Origin: the human T2T-CHM13v2.0 reference genome, Homo sapiens
NCBI RefSeq assembly: GCF_009914755.1
Contig: NC_060936.1
Strand: one strand, 5' to 3'
Length of the DNA stretch: 64,000 nt
Shown one piece after another: positions 1-18,029 of this stretch (positions within the stretch are counted from its first letter, which is position 1; each line of letters opens with the position of its first letter). The notes under the pieces are model-generated. The model was not told the DNA's origin and did not search any database. It worked only from the letters and a program-made list of their open reading frames with translations. The position numbers were made by a program, and so were the translations under genes.

Positions 1-670
1 ATTTTTTCTACTATTTTCTTATACTCAAGTTAGAGATTAGGATGTATGCCAGCAGTATTATGCTCTGTCTAAATATGCTGGATATTGTTATTCATATGAA
101 CACATGTTGACTATTCTCTAGCTCTCTGGATATTAGTGCTGGGCTGTAGGAAAGGTGTGAATACACAAAGGAGGATGTGTAAAAATGAACAGAAAATGTG
201 TAAAAATGTTGAAGTGGATGATCAGTCATAATTTAATTTTAAAATATCAACATAATGTATACTTTCTGCTTAGCACTGAAAACATTATTTTCATTATCAT
301 AGCTATTATTATTGTTAGTTTGTTGTTTTTGAATCCGTAGGGTCTGCTGATGAAAGTGGAATGCTATTCTGATAGCTGAATGCCACCAACGATAGTTTTA
401 TGTATTCTTATCAAGATTTTCAGCCAAGAATGGTGCAAGACCATACCCCAATCACCCTGTCATCTCTCCTCTTCAGTCTTCCTTAGGGTTTCATTGTTAG
501 CAGCGCTTCGCTTATCTCTTTCTTCCCTATTCCCAGCTAGCCCTAATTCTTCTGAGCTCAAGCTTTTCAGTGGCTTGGAAGTTCTTAAAGGGAAAGAATA
601 GAAATTAACATTCATTTCATGCCAAGCCAAGTGCTACATCTTGATAGGTATCTCATAAAGGAAGAAGATG

Positions 671-764
671 TAGACACTACTTGATTTACAATGAGGTTAC
701 GTCCCAATAAACCCATCATAAATTGGAAAAATCATAAGTTAAACCACTGTTAGTCAGGAGTGTA
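671..764 (+). mobile_element. MER47C-like Tigger MITE (TcMar-Tigger)
   Basis: TAGACACTACTTGATTTACAATGAGGTTACGTCCCAATAAACCCATCATAAATTGGAAAAATCATAAG is colinear with the recalled short MER47 consensus (CAGATGCTCCTCGACTTACGATGGGGTTACGTCCCGATAAACCCATCG...), with CpG decay. Confidence 0.75.
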
Positions 765-786
765 TTTATTTCCAAATAACCCTTAC

Positions 787-940
787 CTGTTTTTAAAGCA
801 GGTCTTGTAAATAACTACAATAAGCACTGTGTATTTGCCAAGATTGAGTTGATATATATTCTCATATAAAGTGTCACAAAAAAAGGCTCAAATTTATTAT
901 TCACAGATATAAAGGCCATCTCCAGTGGGCAATCAAAGCA
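787..940 (-). ncRNA. Candidate internal exon of a non-coding transcript
   Basis: Minus strand acceptor TATTTTTGTTTTTTATATTACCATTTTTAG| and donor CAG|GTAAGG; 154 nt; the longest frame stops inside the exon. Confidence 0.3.
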
Positions 941-1220
941 CTAAAAATGGTAATATAAAAAACAAAAATAGTGATTTAGAGTGAGTATGAGGAGTAGAAC
1001 CTAGTTTAAGTACATTATCAAAAAAGAGGGAAAATATATGTAGTTTTGTAAATCAAGAAACAGGGATAAAAGCATTTTATGTGAAGTAGTAATAAAACCC
1101 TTACAGAATAACTTAACGCTGGAAATCACTGAGTGGTTATCTTGGGGAAGGAGACTGGAAGTGCTAAGGGGAGAGAGTTTACTTTTAACTTCATGCTATT
1201 TTATACACTGACTTTGTAAA

Positions 1221-1584
<364 letters not shown>

Positions 1585-1869
1585 TAAATGGATGTATTAG
1601 ACAAATACATAACATAAAAATGAAAGCAATACTAATAACAAATTAAATGTTTAAAAATCTCAAAAAATTAAACACTTAAAAATGAACAAATTCATAATTT
1701 ATTCAGTTAAGAGGAAAATCACACCAAATTTATAGTATTCTTTAGAAATGACATCTATATGACTGTATGGAAAAGCTATGTTGTGTAGTTCTTAGTTATA
1801 CAACAGTGTATCTATTCATGTATTGGTGGGCATTTACAGTTTTTGGCTATTATAAATATTTATTTATCC

Positions 1870-3750
1870 ATGTAGCTATCATTTACAGTGCTCTTCATTC
1901 CTTTTTTTTGTAAATCCATATTTGCAGCTGGTATAATTTCCATACTGTCTGAGGGACTTCTTTTAACATTTCTTATGATGGGGTTCTGCTAGTCATCAAA
2001 TCTATTTGGTCAGAATTTGTATGTTTGAAAAAGTTTTTATTAAACTTTATTTTCAAAAGTCATTTTTATAAAGTGTGCAATGCTAGATTGACAGTTATCT
2101 GCTTTTGGTATTTTAAAGACATTTCTTGCCTGTCTTCTCACTTACATTCTTTCCAATAAGCAATCTTCTGGATTCCTTATCTGCATTTCTCTGTACATAA
2201 TGCTTGGGTTTTTTTTTTTTTTGTCTAAGCACCTTTAAGGTATTTTCTTTATTACTAGTTTTGAGCAATTTGATTATAATGTACTTTGGTGTAGTTTTAT
2301 TTATGGATACTTTTATACTCTTATAAATATTCTTGCAATTTGTTCAAGAAATTGTGATTTAGTTTCGTTACGCTTCCTGGATCTGTGGGTTTATAGTTTT
2401 CGTCAAATTTGGAAAATTCCGTTATTTTTTGAAATATTTTTTCTGTGTCCATCATCCCTATCCTTGTAGAACATCATTTCATGTATATTTGACTGCTTTA
2501 AAATCTCCCAAGATCCTTGATACTCTGTCCCTTTTAAAAAAACAATTCTATTTTTTCTTTATTTTGAGTTGCTTTTTATTACTATCTGTTCATATTCACT
2601 AATAATTTTCTTTGCAATGTCTGTCCTCCTGCTCATCCTATCCAGTGTATTATGCATCTCAGACATAGGAGTTTTTATCTTTAGAGGTTTGATTTGTGCC
2701 TTTTTTATGTCTTCCATGTCTCAATCTAACTTTTGAATATATGTAGAGTTACAATGCTATTGTTCTTGTGGGCTAACTTAACATCTCTGTTAGTTATTGG
2801 CTGATATCAATTAATTGAATTATGTCTTTATTATGGTCACAGTTTTCTGCTTCTTTCCATGCCTAGTAATTTTTGATTGGATGCCAGGCATTGTAAAATG
2901 TACATTGCTGGGTGTGGATGCTGGGTGTTTTTGTACTCCTATTTCGGTCTTAAAAAGAAAAACTCTTCTACGTCTCTGTTTAACTTTCTAAACATAATAA
3001 TTGTTTTAATGTTTCTGTGTACTAATTGTAATATATGCATCAGTTCTCAGTTTTTTGGTTGGTGGATTTTTTCTCCTCATCATGAGTCATATTTTTCTGC
3101 CTTTTTGCAAGCCTAGAAATCTTTGATTGGATGATAAACATTGTAAATTTTACCTCTTTTGGGAGCTAGATATTTTTGTACTCCTATAAGTATTCCTGAG
3201 CTTTGTTCTGGAATGCAATTAAGTTACTTGGAATCAGTTCGTCCTTTTGAGTTCTGTCTTTAAGATTTATTAGGTGGGACAAGAAAAGTGTTTAATCTAG
3301 GGCTAATTATTCCCCACTACGGATGCAAGTCCTTTCTGAGTACTCAATGCCCTGTGCAAATAAGGTTTTTTTGTCTGGCTAATGGAAGCAGGTATCATTT
3401 CTTGCCTGTGAGAGCCAGATAATGTTTCTCCTAATCCCTAGCCCCACACGGTTTTTAACACAGATGTTCTGATTAGTGAGATGCTGATTCAAAGCACCCT
3501 CTGAAGATTTCTGGAGTTCCCTCCTGTGCAACTCTCTTCTCTCCAGAACTCTATTCTCTGTGGACTATCAACCCTGTCTCCTCAACTCAAGTACTCTGCC
3601 AGGCTCTGCCTAGTTTTCTCCATTTTTTTTCTGCCACTGCTTGGAAACTCCCTCAAGGCAGTAAGCTGGAGCAATCATAGGGCTCACCTCCTTTGTTTTC
3701 CATCTCTACCTGAAGTCCAGTGTCATGACAACCACTGTTTCATAAATTTT
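1870..3750 (-). mobile_element. Old L1M (L1MC/MD/ME-type) ORF1 and 5' region
   Basis: T-rich antisense L1M sequence, homologous to 62520-62890 and 19150-19480 in this window. Confidence 0.7.
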
Positions 3751-3793
3751 GTCTTAATTTTAGAAAGTATGTTAAAAAGGACAACCCTAAATA

Positions 3794-3996
3794 AGAATGA
3801 TACAATGGATTTTGGAGACTTGGGGGAAAGAGTGGGAGAGTGGCGAGGGATAAAAGACTACAAATATGGTGCAGTGTATACTGCTTGGGTAATGGGTGCA
3901 CCAAAATCTCACAAATCACCACTAAAGAACTTATGTAACCAAATACCACCTGTACCCCAATAACTTATGGAAAAATTAAAAAAATAAAAATTCAAG
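3794..3996 (+). mobile_element. 5'-truncated L1PB1-like 3'UTR
   Basis: AGAATGATACAATGGATTTTGGAGAC...CACCACTAAAGAACTT and A tail; perfect TSD AAAGGACAACCCTAAATA at 3776-3793 and 3997-4014. Confidence 0.88.
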
Positions 3997-5499
3997 AAAG
4001 GACAACCCTAAATAGTCAAATAGCAAAAGAGGTATGCAACTTTGTCACTGGACACAAAATTATTTTAAAGTGGGTTTGCTGCTAGACATTTACTTTTGTG
4101 AAGACATAGACTTCACACAATTTTCTAGCTTTTGTAAAAATGATCTGCGATTATAGTGCTGACAGTAGAAGTCTGAGAAATATATGAACTTATCATTATT
4201 TGAGTATATACTCTTATACTTTTGTCACAATTTACTTGAGTCAAATATCTGATTTGAGAAAAGGAGCCTGGCTATGCTCCCAGAATCTCATTTTAGAACA
4301 TCAAGCTCTTTTAGAAATATCTCTTTTATTCTTTTCTTTAACACATTGCTTTTGGTCCATAATATCTGCTGATAATGCTAGATAGCCAACACATTCATTA
4401 ATTTGACATCAGTTTAGTATATTTCAGTAGATTTTTAATATATGTGAAATACAGAATGGTAATTTGAGGCACTCCCTATTGCCTGTCATATGTGTATATA
4501 ATGAACCTGATTTTGATATTTAATAATGAGTTATTTTAGTTGCAAAATTCACACCTCTTTTCATATGTTTTACACAAAATTTATAAATAAGCTTATGAGA
4601 AATAAGACATCAATTAAGGTGATAAATTATGCATCAATAATTATAGAAAAATGTTAGTTTAAAAACATCTTGATTTTAAGTACTTCTGTATTTATACATG
4701 TAAAGTGCTTATAACAGGGTCTGGAATGTAATGAGTCAATGGTAAAAAATTAAGTGATTTCTTCCTACTTGAATTATATTTTGAGATAAGCATGATTTGA
4801 GGGTAACTAAAGTAATGATTCTAATTTTGTAAGCAACAGGATCCTTGCATTGATGATACATTGCATTTATTTACATCAGTCAATATTTGACTTAAGATGA
4901 GATAATAGTGAGCCACATGGCCACGTGGAGGCTTTTAATCTCTCTCACTCTTTATTAGTAGTTTTTCCATTTTAATTCCTGATTCTGTGTTAGAACTGTC
5001 ATTCAAAATGGATGCTGGGTAAGGAAGAATGAAGAGACAGGGAGTTGTGAGCAAAGAGGAGGATGTGAAATGGGTTAGAGGAGGGGGCAAAAGACTGGAG
5101 AACAGGTATGTAAAGCAGGAAGAACATTTGTATGGAGGAGGTAAGGTAGCAGTACAAAACTGGGATTCATTTGTTAATATTAACTTTGTCCAAGACTTTT
5201 CAGGGTCAGTGTTTTCCCTGGAAATACATTTGGGAGAAAAAGAACCAATAGAATTTTTTTTTGGGTAATATTATTGTGTTAATATTTATTGAATATCTTA
5301 GTTACACTAGGATGTTATTATTAACTTCATTCTGTAATGATTGAAGTTAATTTGGGTAATTTGAGCAAGGCTCCATAAACAATTACTGACAGTTACAAAC
5401 CTAGGTATAATTATTAATTTCAGATGAATGTGTATATTGTAACATCTTTTCTATGCTGGCTTATGGGATTTATGCTCTATTTTAAAAATAGTTTTAGAT

Positions 5500-6650
5500 A
5501 TTTTTATTTTTTCTAACTTTTCTTTTAGATCTTTGCTTTTAGGGGTACATGTGCAGATTTGTTACCTGGGTGTATTGTGTGATGCTGAGGTTAGGGGTAT
5601 GAATGATCCTGTTACCCATATACTGAGCATAGCACCCAATAGTTCATTTTTCAAACCTTTCCCTGTCCCTCCTCACTCTAGTAGTCCCTAGTTTCTATTG
5701 TTGCCATCTTCATGTACATAAGTATCCACTGTTTAGCACCTACCTATAACTGAGAACACGTGGTATTTGGTTTTCTGTTCCTGCATTAATTGGCTTTGGA
5801 TAATAGTCTCCAGAGGCATCCATTTGCTTCAAAGGACATTATTTTGTTCTTTTTTATAGCTGCATAGTATTCCATGGTACACAAGTACCACATTTTGTTT
5901 ATCCAATCCACTGTTAATGAGCACCTAGGTTGATTCCCTGTCTTTGCTATTGTGAATAGTACTACAATGAAGATTAACTCAAGATGGATTAAATATTTAA
6001 ATGTAAGAATTCAAACTGTAAGAGTCCTAGAAGAAAACCTAGGGCATTCTGGACACTGGCCTTGGGAAAGAATTTATGACTAGGTTATTAAAAGCACTTA
6101 CAACAAAAACAAAAATTGACAAGTGGGACCTGATTAAAGATCTTCTGCACAGCAAAAGAGACTATCAATAGAGTGAACAGACAACCTACAGAATGGGGGA
6201 AAATATTCACAAACTATGCAGCCAATAAAGGTCTCATATTCAGAATCTACAAGGAACTTAAACAATTGAACAAGCAAAAAACAAATAGCCTTATTAAAAA
6301 TGGGCAAAAAGACATGAACAGACATTTCTCAAAAGAAGACATACAAGTGGCCAATAAACTTATGAAAAAATGCACCACATCACTCATCATCGGAGAACTG
6401 CAAATCAAAACCACAATGAGATACCATCTCACACCAGTCAGAATGGCCATTATGAAAAAGTCAAAAAATAACAGATGCTGGAGAGGCTGTGGAGAAAAAG
6501 GAACACTTATACACTGTTAGTGGGAGTGTAAATTTGCTCAGCCACTGGGAAAAGCAGTTTGGAGATTTCTCAGATAACTCAGAACTACTATTTGACCCAG
6601 CAATCTCATTACTGGGTATGTATCCAAAAGGAAACAAATATTTCTACCCA
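5500..6650 (-). mobile_element. L1PA15/16-like element with 5' inversion
   Basis: 5500-5971 is antisense 3'UTR; 5972-6650 is sense ORF2 C-terminus (ORF 6173-6520, ...[11 protein letters not shown]...[11 protein letters not shown]...[11 protein letters not shown]). Confidence 0.88.
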
Positions 6651-6949
6651 TAGAATCTTAAAGTTGAAAAGAATTGTGAAGTCTGACAGATAAAAGCAAT
6701 TTAAACAGGCAAGAATAGTTTGCTATGGATGTGGTGGGAAAATTTGTACAAAAAAAGCAAATAATTCAATAACAGCCCCATTCGTTGAGCCCATACTATA
6801 TAAAAGTCATCTATATTTATAAACTATAACTAAGATGCAGTACTTTTTAAAATAAACCTTCTTATCTTTTATTGGTAAAGCAGATAACATGTTATTAGTA
6901 ATGTGGTTATTAGGGACATGAATAGTTTTCTTTCTAGAAACAATATTGG

Positions 6950-7230
6950 TGTGATTCCAAAGAACAGGAATCTACTCAATAGCATTATCAAAATATAGTC
7001 ATTGAAAACCTGGAACTTCTATTCCATTTTTGGACAGTTGTAGGGCTACAGACTCTTTTTTATGCTGAACCTAATTATGCCTCTTTTCTGTTCATTCATT
7101 GCAGCTCGGTTCTTTGGAGTGAAACAGAATAAGCCTCACCCATTTTAGGTATTTGAAGAAAGCTGTGCATCCATATAAGTCTTCCTCATATGGCATGGCT
7201 CCTTTCCCCTCACATTCCCAATTATCTCTT
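6950..7230 (-). mobile_element. L3/CR1 fragment
   Basis: Minus strand reads CATGCCATATGAGGAA...AGCTTTCTTCAAATACC...CTTATTCTGTTT...CTGTCCAAAAATGGAAT, in the order of the L3 3' end. Confidence 0.65.
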
Positions 7231-7255
7231 CAAATGCAGAATTAATTGTCAAGAT
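7140..7255 (-). ncRNA. Candidate exon overlapping the L3 relic
   Basis: Acceptor GTCTTTTTTATCTCTATTCTCAATAG| and donor TGG|GTGAGG; 116 nt; stops in all three frames. Confidence 0.28.
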
Positions 7256-7791
7256 CTATTGAGAATAGAGATAAAAAAGACATATAAAATGTGCTTGCTA
7301 CCATTAAAGTACCTATGATATATTGGTTTTTTTCCCAGTTCATGTCATGTACCTTTATGCCCAACAGATATGACAGATTAACAACTGCAAAAGAGGGATT
7401 CTAACAGGTAAAACCAAATTAAGTGGCCTGGTGAGTTCTGAGTGTCAGTGAAAGTTTGGTTGCAGCATGTGTTTTCCAAGGCATGTACATCCCATTAGAA
7501 AAAAGATTCCAGTAAACTAATTCATTCAAAAATGATTTTATTCATCCATTCATTCTTAAAACATTTCTCAAGATGTGTTTTGGGGACCACTCTACTGAAG
7601 AAAAATTTTCTGTGGTTAAGTAAACTCTGCAGATTCTATTGCTCTTTTAAGATTTACTGCAATAATTTTCATGTAAAGGTTTCTGACCAATTGTTTAGTA
7701 AAGAAACTCTTTGAATATTGTTTAAGTCAGCTATTCCAAAATTAAAAAAAATTGTTTTGCTACGAAAAATTTTGTGTGTAAAATTCATTAA

Positions 7792-8810
<1,019 letters not shown>

Positions 8811-11369
8811 ATTTTAAACATTTCAGTGTGAGTATAACCATTTCATAAAAAGTGATTCTTGCAGGAAAACTGAGTAGCACCTGAACTTGACTCCAGTTTC
8901 TACTGAGGATTTAATCACAAAATCCTGAGTGGGGAGCTAAGTGAGGTGTAAGGAACAGAGGAAATGAGAATAGTGTACTGGCACGTGATATTGAGGGAAA
9001 TCCAATAAGGAGCTAGACGGTGGGAAAATAATAAAACTGGAAGAAACCTTGAGGAATTTTTGTCTCTATGCCCTCTTTTCTTTAATTAAAACAAGATTTA
9101 TTAAACAATCATTCATCACGAATGTGTTCTGATTAGAGTATTTATAGAGATTACTAAGGAGAAGGAGATATAAATGGAGACAAATTCCTAGTGCCAAAAA
9201 TCTTATAATTTAGCTAAAATGACAAGCTATATATCCACAAAATAATCAGATAATAATATAAGGCAGGACGTAATTAGTTGTTGAGTGGCTCAGGTTATAA
9301 ATACTCTGGAGTGAAGAGAAGAAAATTATCTTTGTGAATGGAGTTAGAGAAGGTTTTCTATTTTTAAGGACTCCTAAAAAAGGAGAGTTTCAACTTATCT
9401 TAGTAACCAGTGTTACAGGAGAATAACTGTCTCAAAGTCCTTTATGTTTAACAGTTACTTCTTTTTGTGGTTTATACAGACTTTTCTTCGTTGGATATCA
9501 GTGGAAATGGAAAAAGTACATCTCTCAATACATTAGTTACACTGCTGCTAGGAGAATATCTTCATGGGGACATCATTACAATTCTTTCCTGTTACCAGAA
9601 GGTTTTACATAACATTTAGGTAAACAACCTATATGTCTGCAATTCAGTGATAGCATTTGAAATATAAGATAACTTCAGGAAGCAGTTGGGAAAACTAGGA
9701 GATTTATGATAAAAAATAAATAAAAGATAGAATAAAATCTAACAAAAGCAATTCAATGCAAGCTTCAGAAGGAAAAGAGTTTAGGGAATATGTATTTGAG
9801 TAATAGAAGAAGACAAAAAAAAAAAGACACAGGAAGCAGGTTCATAAGATAGGGAATGGCTAAGATTAATAGATGGAAACCAGACAGCAAGATGGGTCAG
9901 GAGAGAGAAATAGTCACCTGGGGATAAATACAGCAGCAGATAAGAAGGAATGGAAATACTGGATAGGGGGTTTAGTTCCTATCTTGGAAAGACAGAGGGG
10001 AGAAATGACTAGTCACTTTAAACAGTTTAAAAATGATATACTTCTCCTTTTTTTGAAAGGGTTATTTATGTAATTTGTAAATGCTAAAGTAGACCTTTAA
10101 AAAACACTGGCATCACTCTCCATGTTATTTTTAAATACCTTTTCATTTATTAAGCACAATTAAGCTATCAACCCCTCTGTTTTAACTCTGCAGAATGCAG
10201 TCCCCACAGCCAGAAGCGCAGTGTATTAGAAATATCATGAACAATTCTGAACTTGCACAAAATATAATTGGCCAATTTTGAGACATTGTTTTGCACGGTA
10301 TGGTGCATCTCATACATTTTTCATATAGAGGCAATGCATTTTATGAGACACACAATAAGCATATGGAAATACATGCATTCTCAGGAGGCTGAGAAGAGCA
10401 GTCGGAGGGGGATGGGAGACCAAGAACTGAGCTGAGATGCGTGACAAGATTTGTGAGCTCTGAAATTTGACAAGCTTGGAAAAACTATTCTAGGCAGGCT
10501 TTCCAAGGCACTTACAATTCTAATTATATCTGCTACACTCCATTTTTTTCCTTGCTATAATTTCCTTATTGGTTTTAATTAAGTGCTTTTAATGTCTAAT
10601 AAGAAGGCAGTGGAACAAGGAGGGTGAGAATTTGCTTACCAGACAAGTTGTGCCTTGTCCTCACTAATTTTATGCCCTACCCAACCTGTGCCTTGGCTAA
10701 TCTTTTATATGATTACCTACATTTGTACTAATTGAAGCTTTTTCATTCTCTTATTTTGCTAATTCTATAAATTAAGGCTCTACTTAAATGTTGTCAAGTT
10801 CAATCAATACCCTCTTTTGAGTAGTATTCGGGGTAAATTGATAATCTTTTGTTGATTGACATGTGGGAGTATTAAAAATGACTGATGCAGCTTGAAAGTA
10901 TCATGCAGGGAATACTGAGCCACCACTGAAATATAGCGGGGGAAAGACTGCAGTGGAGGGTGAGCTCATGTTTGTGTAGACAGACTTGGGTCTGGGATGT
11001 AGAAGGAGCACACTGCTCCATTCACTTGAGCAGAAGCTGAGTCAGCACTTGCTGACCACAGTGTTTGGTACAAAGCACATTTGTAGTAATTTCAGAATAA
11101 CATTTGAAAATTTAAAGCTGAACATAAAGAAGTTATAGCATTTAATTTGTACAACTCAATTCTATTAGAAAAGAAGGGAGTTCTTTTTATTCATTATATA
11201 TTTTTAATTTAATATATATTATTCAATATATATTAGGCACCTTCTGTGTTTAAGGAACAGGAACTGAATGTAGAATGGATGGAATAAAAGCACCTCAAAA
11301 GGTTGACTTTCTGTTAGGGAAGAGAGAATATGTATAGAAATAAGAACGATCCAAAACATCCACTCTTTC

Positions 11370-11620
11370 TTTCTTCATTAAACATTGATTAACTGACTAC
11401 TATGTGTCGGGTATTACGCTAGAGGATGAGGCCATGAAGATGAAGAATGCACAGTATTTGTTTTCAAAGGATTTAGTGACTAAGACAGGGGGACAGACAT
11501 GTAAATAATGGTAGTCACAATGGAATGACTTCTATTATATAGTTATATGCAAGAAATTCTCAGAACCCTGAGAAAGAAGTACTGAACTCTACAAGGTGTC
11601 AGGCTAGGCTTACCTGGAGG
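11370..11620 (-). mobile_element. L2 fragment
   Basis: TTCATTAAACATTGATTAACTGACTACTATGTG...GACAGACATGTAAATAA. Confidence 0.6.
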
Positions 11621-11629
11621 AAGACAAAT

Positions 11630-11775
11630 GGTCCTGGTGGTTTGAATCTCTAGTGCCAGTTACTTCTCACTCTGAAGTGTTAGATTATGTGAGCAAATAA
11701 AAAATTCGTCTTCTATTTTTATCTAAACAAGTTTGGGTTGAATTTCTAACACTTATAGTCAAAAGAATCTTGTAA
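11630..11775 (+). mobile_element. MLT1 (ERVL-MaLR) LTR 3' fragment
   Basis: TTATGTGAGCAAATAAA...AGTTTGGGTTGAATTTCT...AAAAGAATC resembles the old MLT1J/K/L terminus. Confidence 0.5.
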
Positions 11776-11993
11776 GATTCAGAGCCAGATAGAACCTTGT
11801 ATGCATTGTAGCAAAAGTATTTGGAGAGATAATTAGGAGCCATAGGAGGATACTTGTTTTGTTTTTTAACCAGAAAGATTACTTCATTGATTACTTCATT
11901 TGCATTTAAATATCTTCTTGCACATTTTCAGTTATCTCCCTTAAATTTATTTCTACCATCTTATTTTGTGTTTTCTATTTACTACATTTTTAA

Positions 11994-12422
<429 letters not shown>

Positions 12423-12865
12423 TAATACTGCATCAAGTGTTAAGTAAAAATTGATCAATATCACTATCCTTCTAATCAATACACATATTTTAATGCTATA
12501 ATTTCAATCGCCACTCCTTTCCATATCCAAAATTGTTGCTTGGCATTGTGTTTAGTGCCCTTCCCATTAGTCATTATTACTGTTACTGTACTTACATCCT
12601 ACCCTTGTGTAGGTTTACTACAGATTTATACATTTTATTGTTTGATAATTTGTCTTTAACGTGCTATTTTCTTCTGGACTTATTTTCTTCATTTTGAAGG
12701 GTATGTATACTTAAGCAGTTATTTTAGCTATTTGGTGTAGTAAAATTTCTAAGTCTCTGTTTGGAAAAGTCTTTATTTGACCTCAGATTTGAAGAATCGT
12801 TTGGTTTGAGCAGGATTTGGGGATGACAGAATCTTATCTTTTTGCCCCATTTACACCCATTCTTT

Positions 12866-16058
<3,193 letters not shown>

Positions 16059-18029
16059 TTAGACCCATTCTTTACCCTTCCATATCCTGCTCACTGCTCA
16101 AGAAGCTGATCTGTGTAGACTGAATGAACAATTTCTTTGACTTCTGGTTGGGTAAAGCAATAGTAGATTCTGGCAGAAACTGGTTGGAGGGAGGAGAATG
16201 GGAATGGGGTATTTATTTCCTTTACTTCTCTCTGGGGGCTTACTTTAGGTTGGTTGCATCCCTTAACTAAAGGCTAAAACTACCAAATAGGTAGCCTTCC
16301 CCATCAACTTTCTGCAGGTCCCAGTAAGTGACCCCCTTTTGTTTCTTTAAGCTTAGGAGTTGTACCATTTCCAGCTGTTATTAACCCTGGGGTATCATAT
16401 CATTCTTGTTGCTTTTTCTAAAACCTGCCCTTACCTTTGCAGCTAGTCCCTGTATTGAACTTGCTTCAATTATCGAGCTTGAGTGAGCCAATTTCTTCCT
16501 GCTGGTTATCATTGTTATTTTTCCTTTAGCGTTTTACAAACCTTTGTTCATTATTTTCTGGCTTCTATTATTATTAGAGAGAAGCATGCTGGCAGTCTAA
16601 CTATTATTCCTTTTTAGGTTATCTGTCTTTTCTCTTTGATTGCTACTATGATTTTTTTATGATGTCACTGGTGTTTTGGAATCTCACCAATAAAAGCCAG
16701 AATGGTTTTTATTTATGCCACTAGATATGCTTCTTAAATTTTAGAATTCATGTGTTTTGTTTGGTGACAGTCTCTCTGAGTCTCAGTCTTAAATTTGAGG
16801 ATTCATGCCTTTTGTCAGTCTCACAAGTTTCTTAGTTATTATCTTTTCAAAGGTGACCTCTCTGTCATTCTGCTTATTCTCTCCTCTTGTAATTCCTATT
16901 ATATATGCTGAACCTTCTCATTCTATTCTCCAGATAGATCTTATTTTAACCTTTCTTTGCTATTTTCTGTCTCTTCATTTCTTTGTGCTCCTTTATGCAT
17001 AATTTCCTTGGAGCCATTTTCTCATTCACTAATGATTTCTTCAGCTGCATATAACATACTATTTCCTCAGTTCATTGAGCTTTTACTTCAATGACTAAAT
17101 TTTTCATCTTGATGTTATAAATGTTCTTTTCCAAATTGTCCATCATTTTATATTTCCATTTTCTTTTTCTTTATATTTTTTCTTCTTTCACCTCCTTAAT
17201 AGTTTTAAGGCAGTAGTTTTATTTTGTAGCTGCTCCCAGATTGTTATTTTATGCTATATTCTTCGTAGTGTGAATCTCTCTGTTATGTCTACAACTTTTC
17301 TTAGCAAATCCCGTCCTCCTGTGCTGTAAGCTCATCTTCATAACATAATGTTTATTTTTGAGAGGTCTCATGCTTGCTGAGTGGTGAAATGGTGACTATA
17401 GGGTTATTTTGTCTTTGCTTCTGTTAGATGCTCCAAGGGTTTCATTGACATAGAAGTAATATTTATATCAAAATACCATCAACTTGCAGATTTCTTCAGG
17501 CTTCAGGTTCTGTAATACTGTGTTCCACTCCAGTGTGTGTTAAAGGCCTGAAATTTCAGTTTCTCCTGGAAGACTTATATCTCCACAGAGAATCTTGAGC
17601 AGATTTCATCTACCTTGACAATTCCCAAGAGCTGGTGACAGTCTCTTCTGAGTCCCAGCTACAAATCGCAGTTCCAGATCCTCACCTTGCATGACCTCAA
17701 GGCTATGTTTTCTGTCCTTCTACTCCTTATGTCCAAATGGTCCCAATGTACCACCAGGCCATGTTACTATTTTAGCTGAGTGTTCTGGCTTTGGATCCTG
17801 CTTTGTTTCTGGTTTCCTTTTTTTCTTTTGAGCTCAGCTATGTATTAAAATATTTTGTTGAATTTGATTTATTATTTATATATGCTTGTAAAGAGGAGGA
17901 TATTTTCTCTTCTATGCTCTATGCTGCTTAATCATGACATCTTTTAAAAAGCAGGACACTTTTTAAACAAGGGCTTAAGATGGTCTATTTTGTCTTCCAA
18001 AGAGATCTGTGCTTAAAAGAACACATGAG

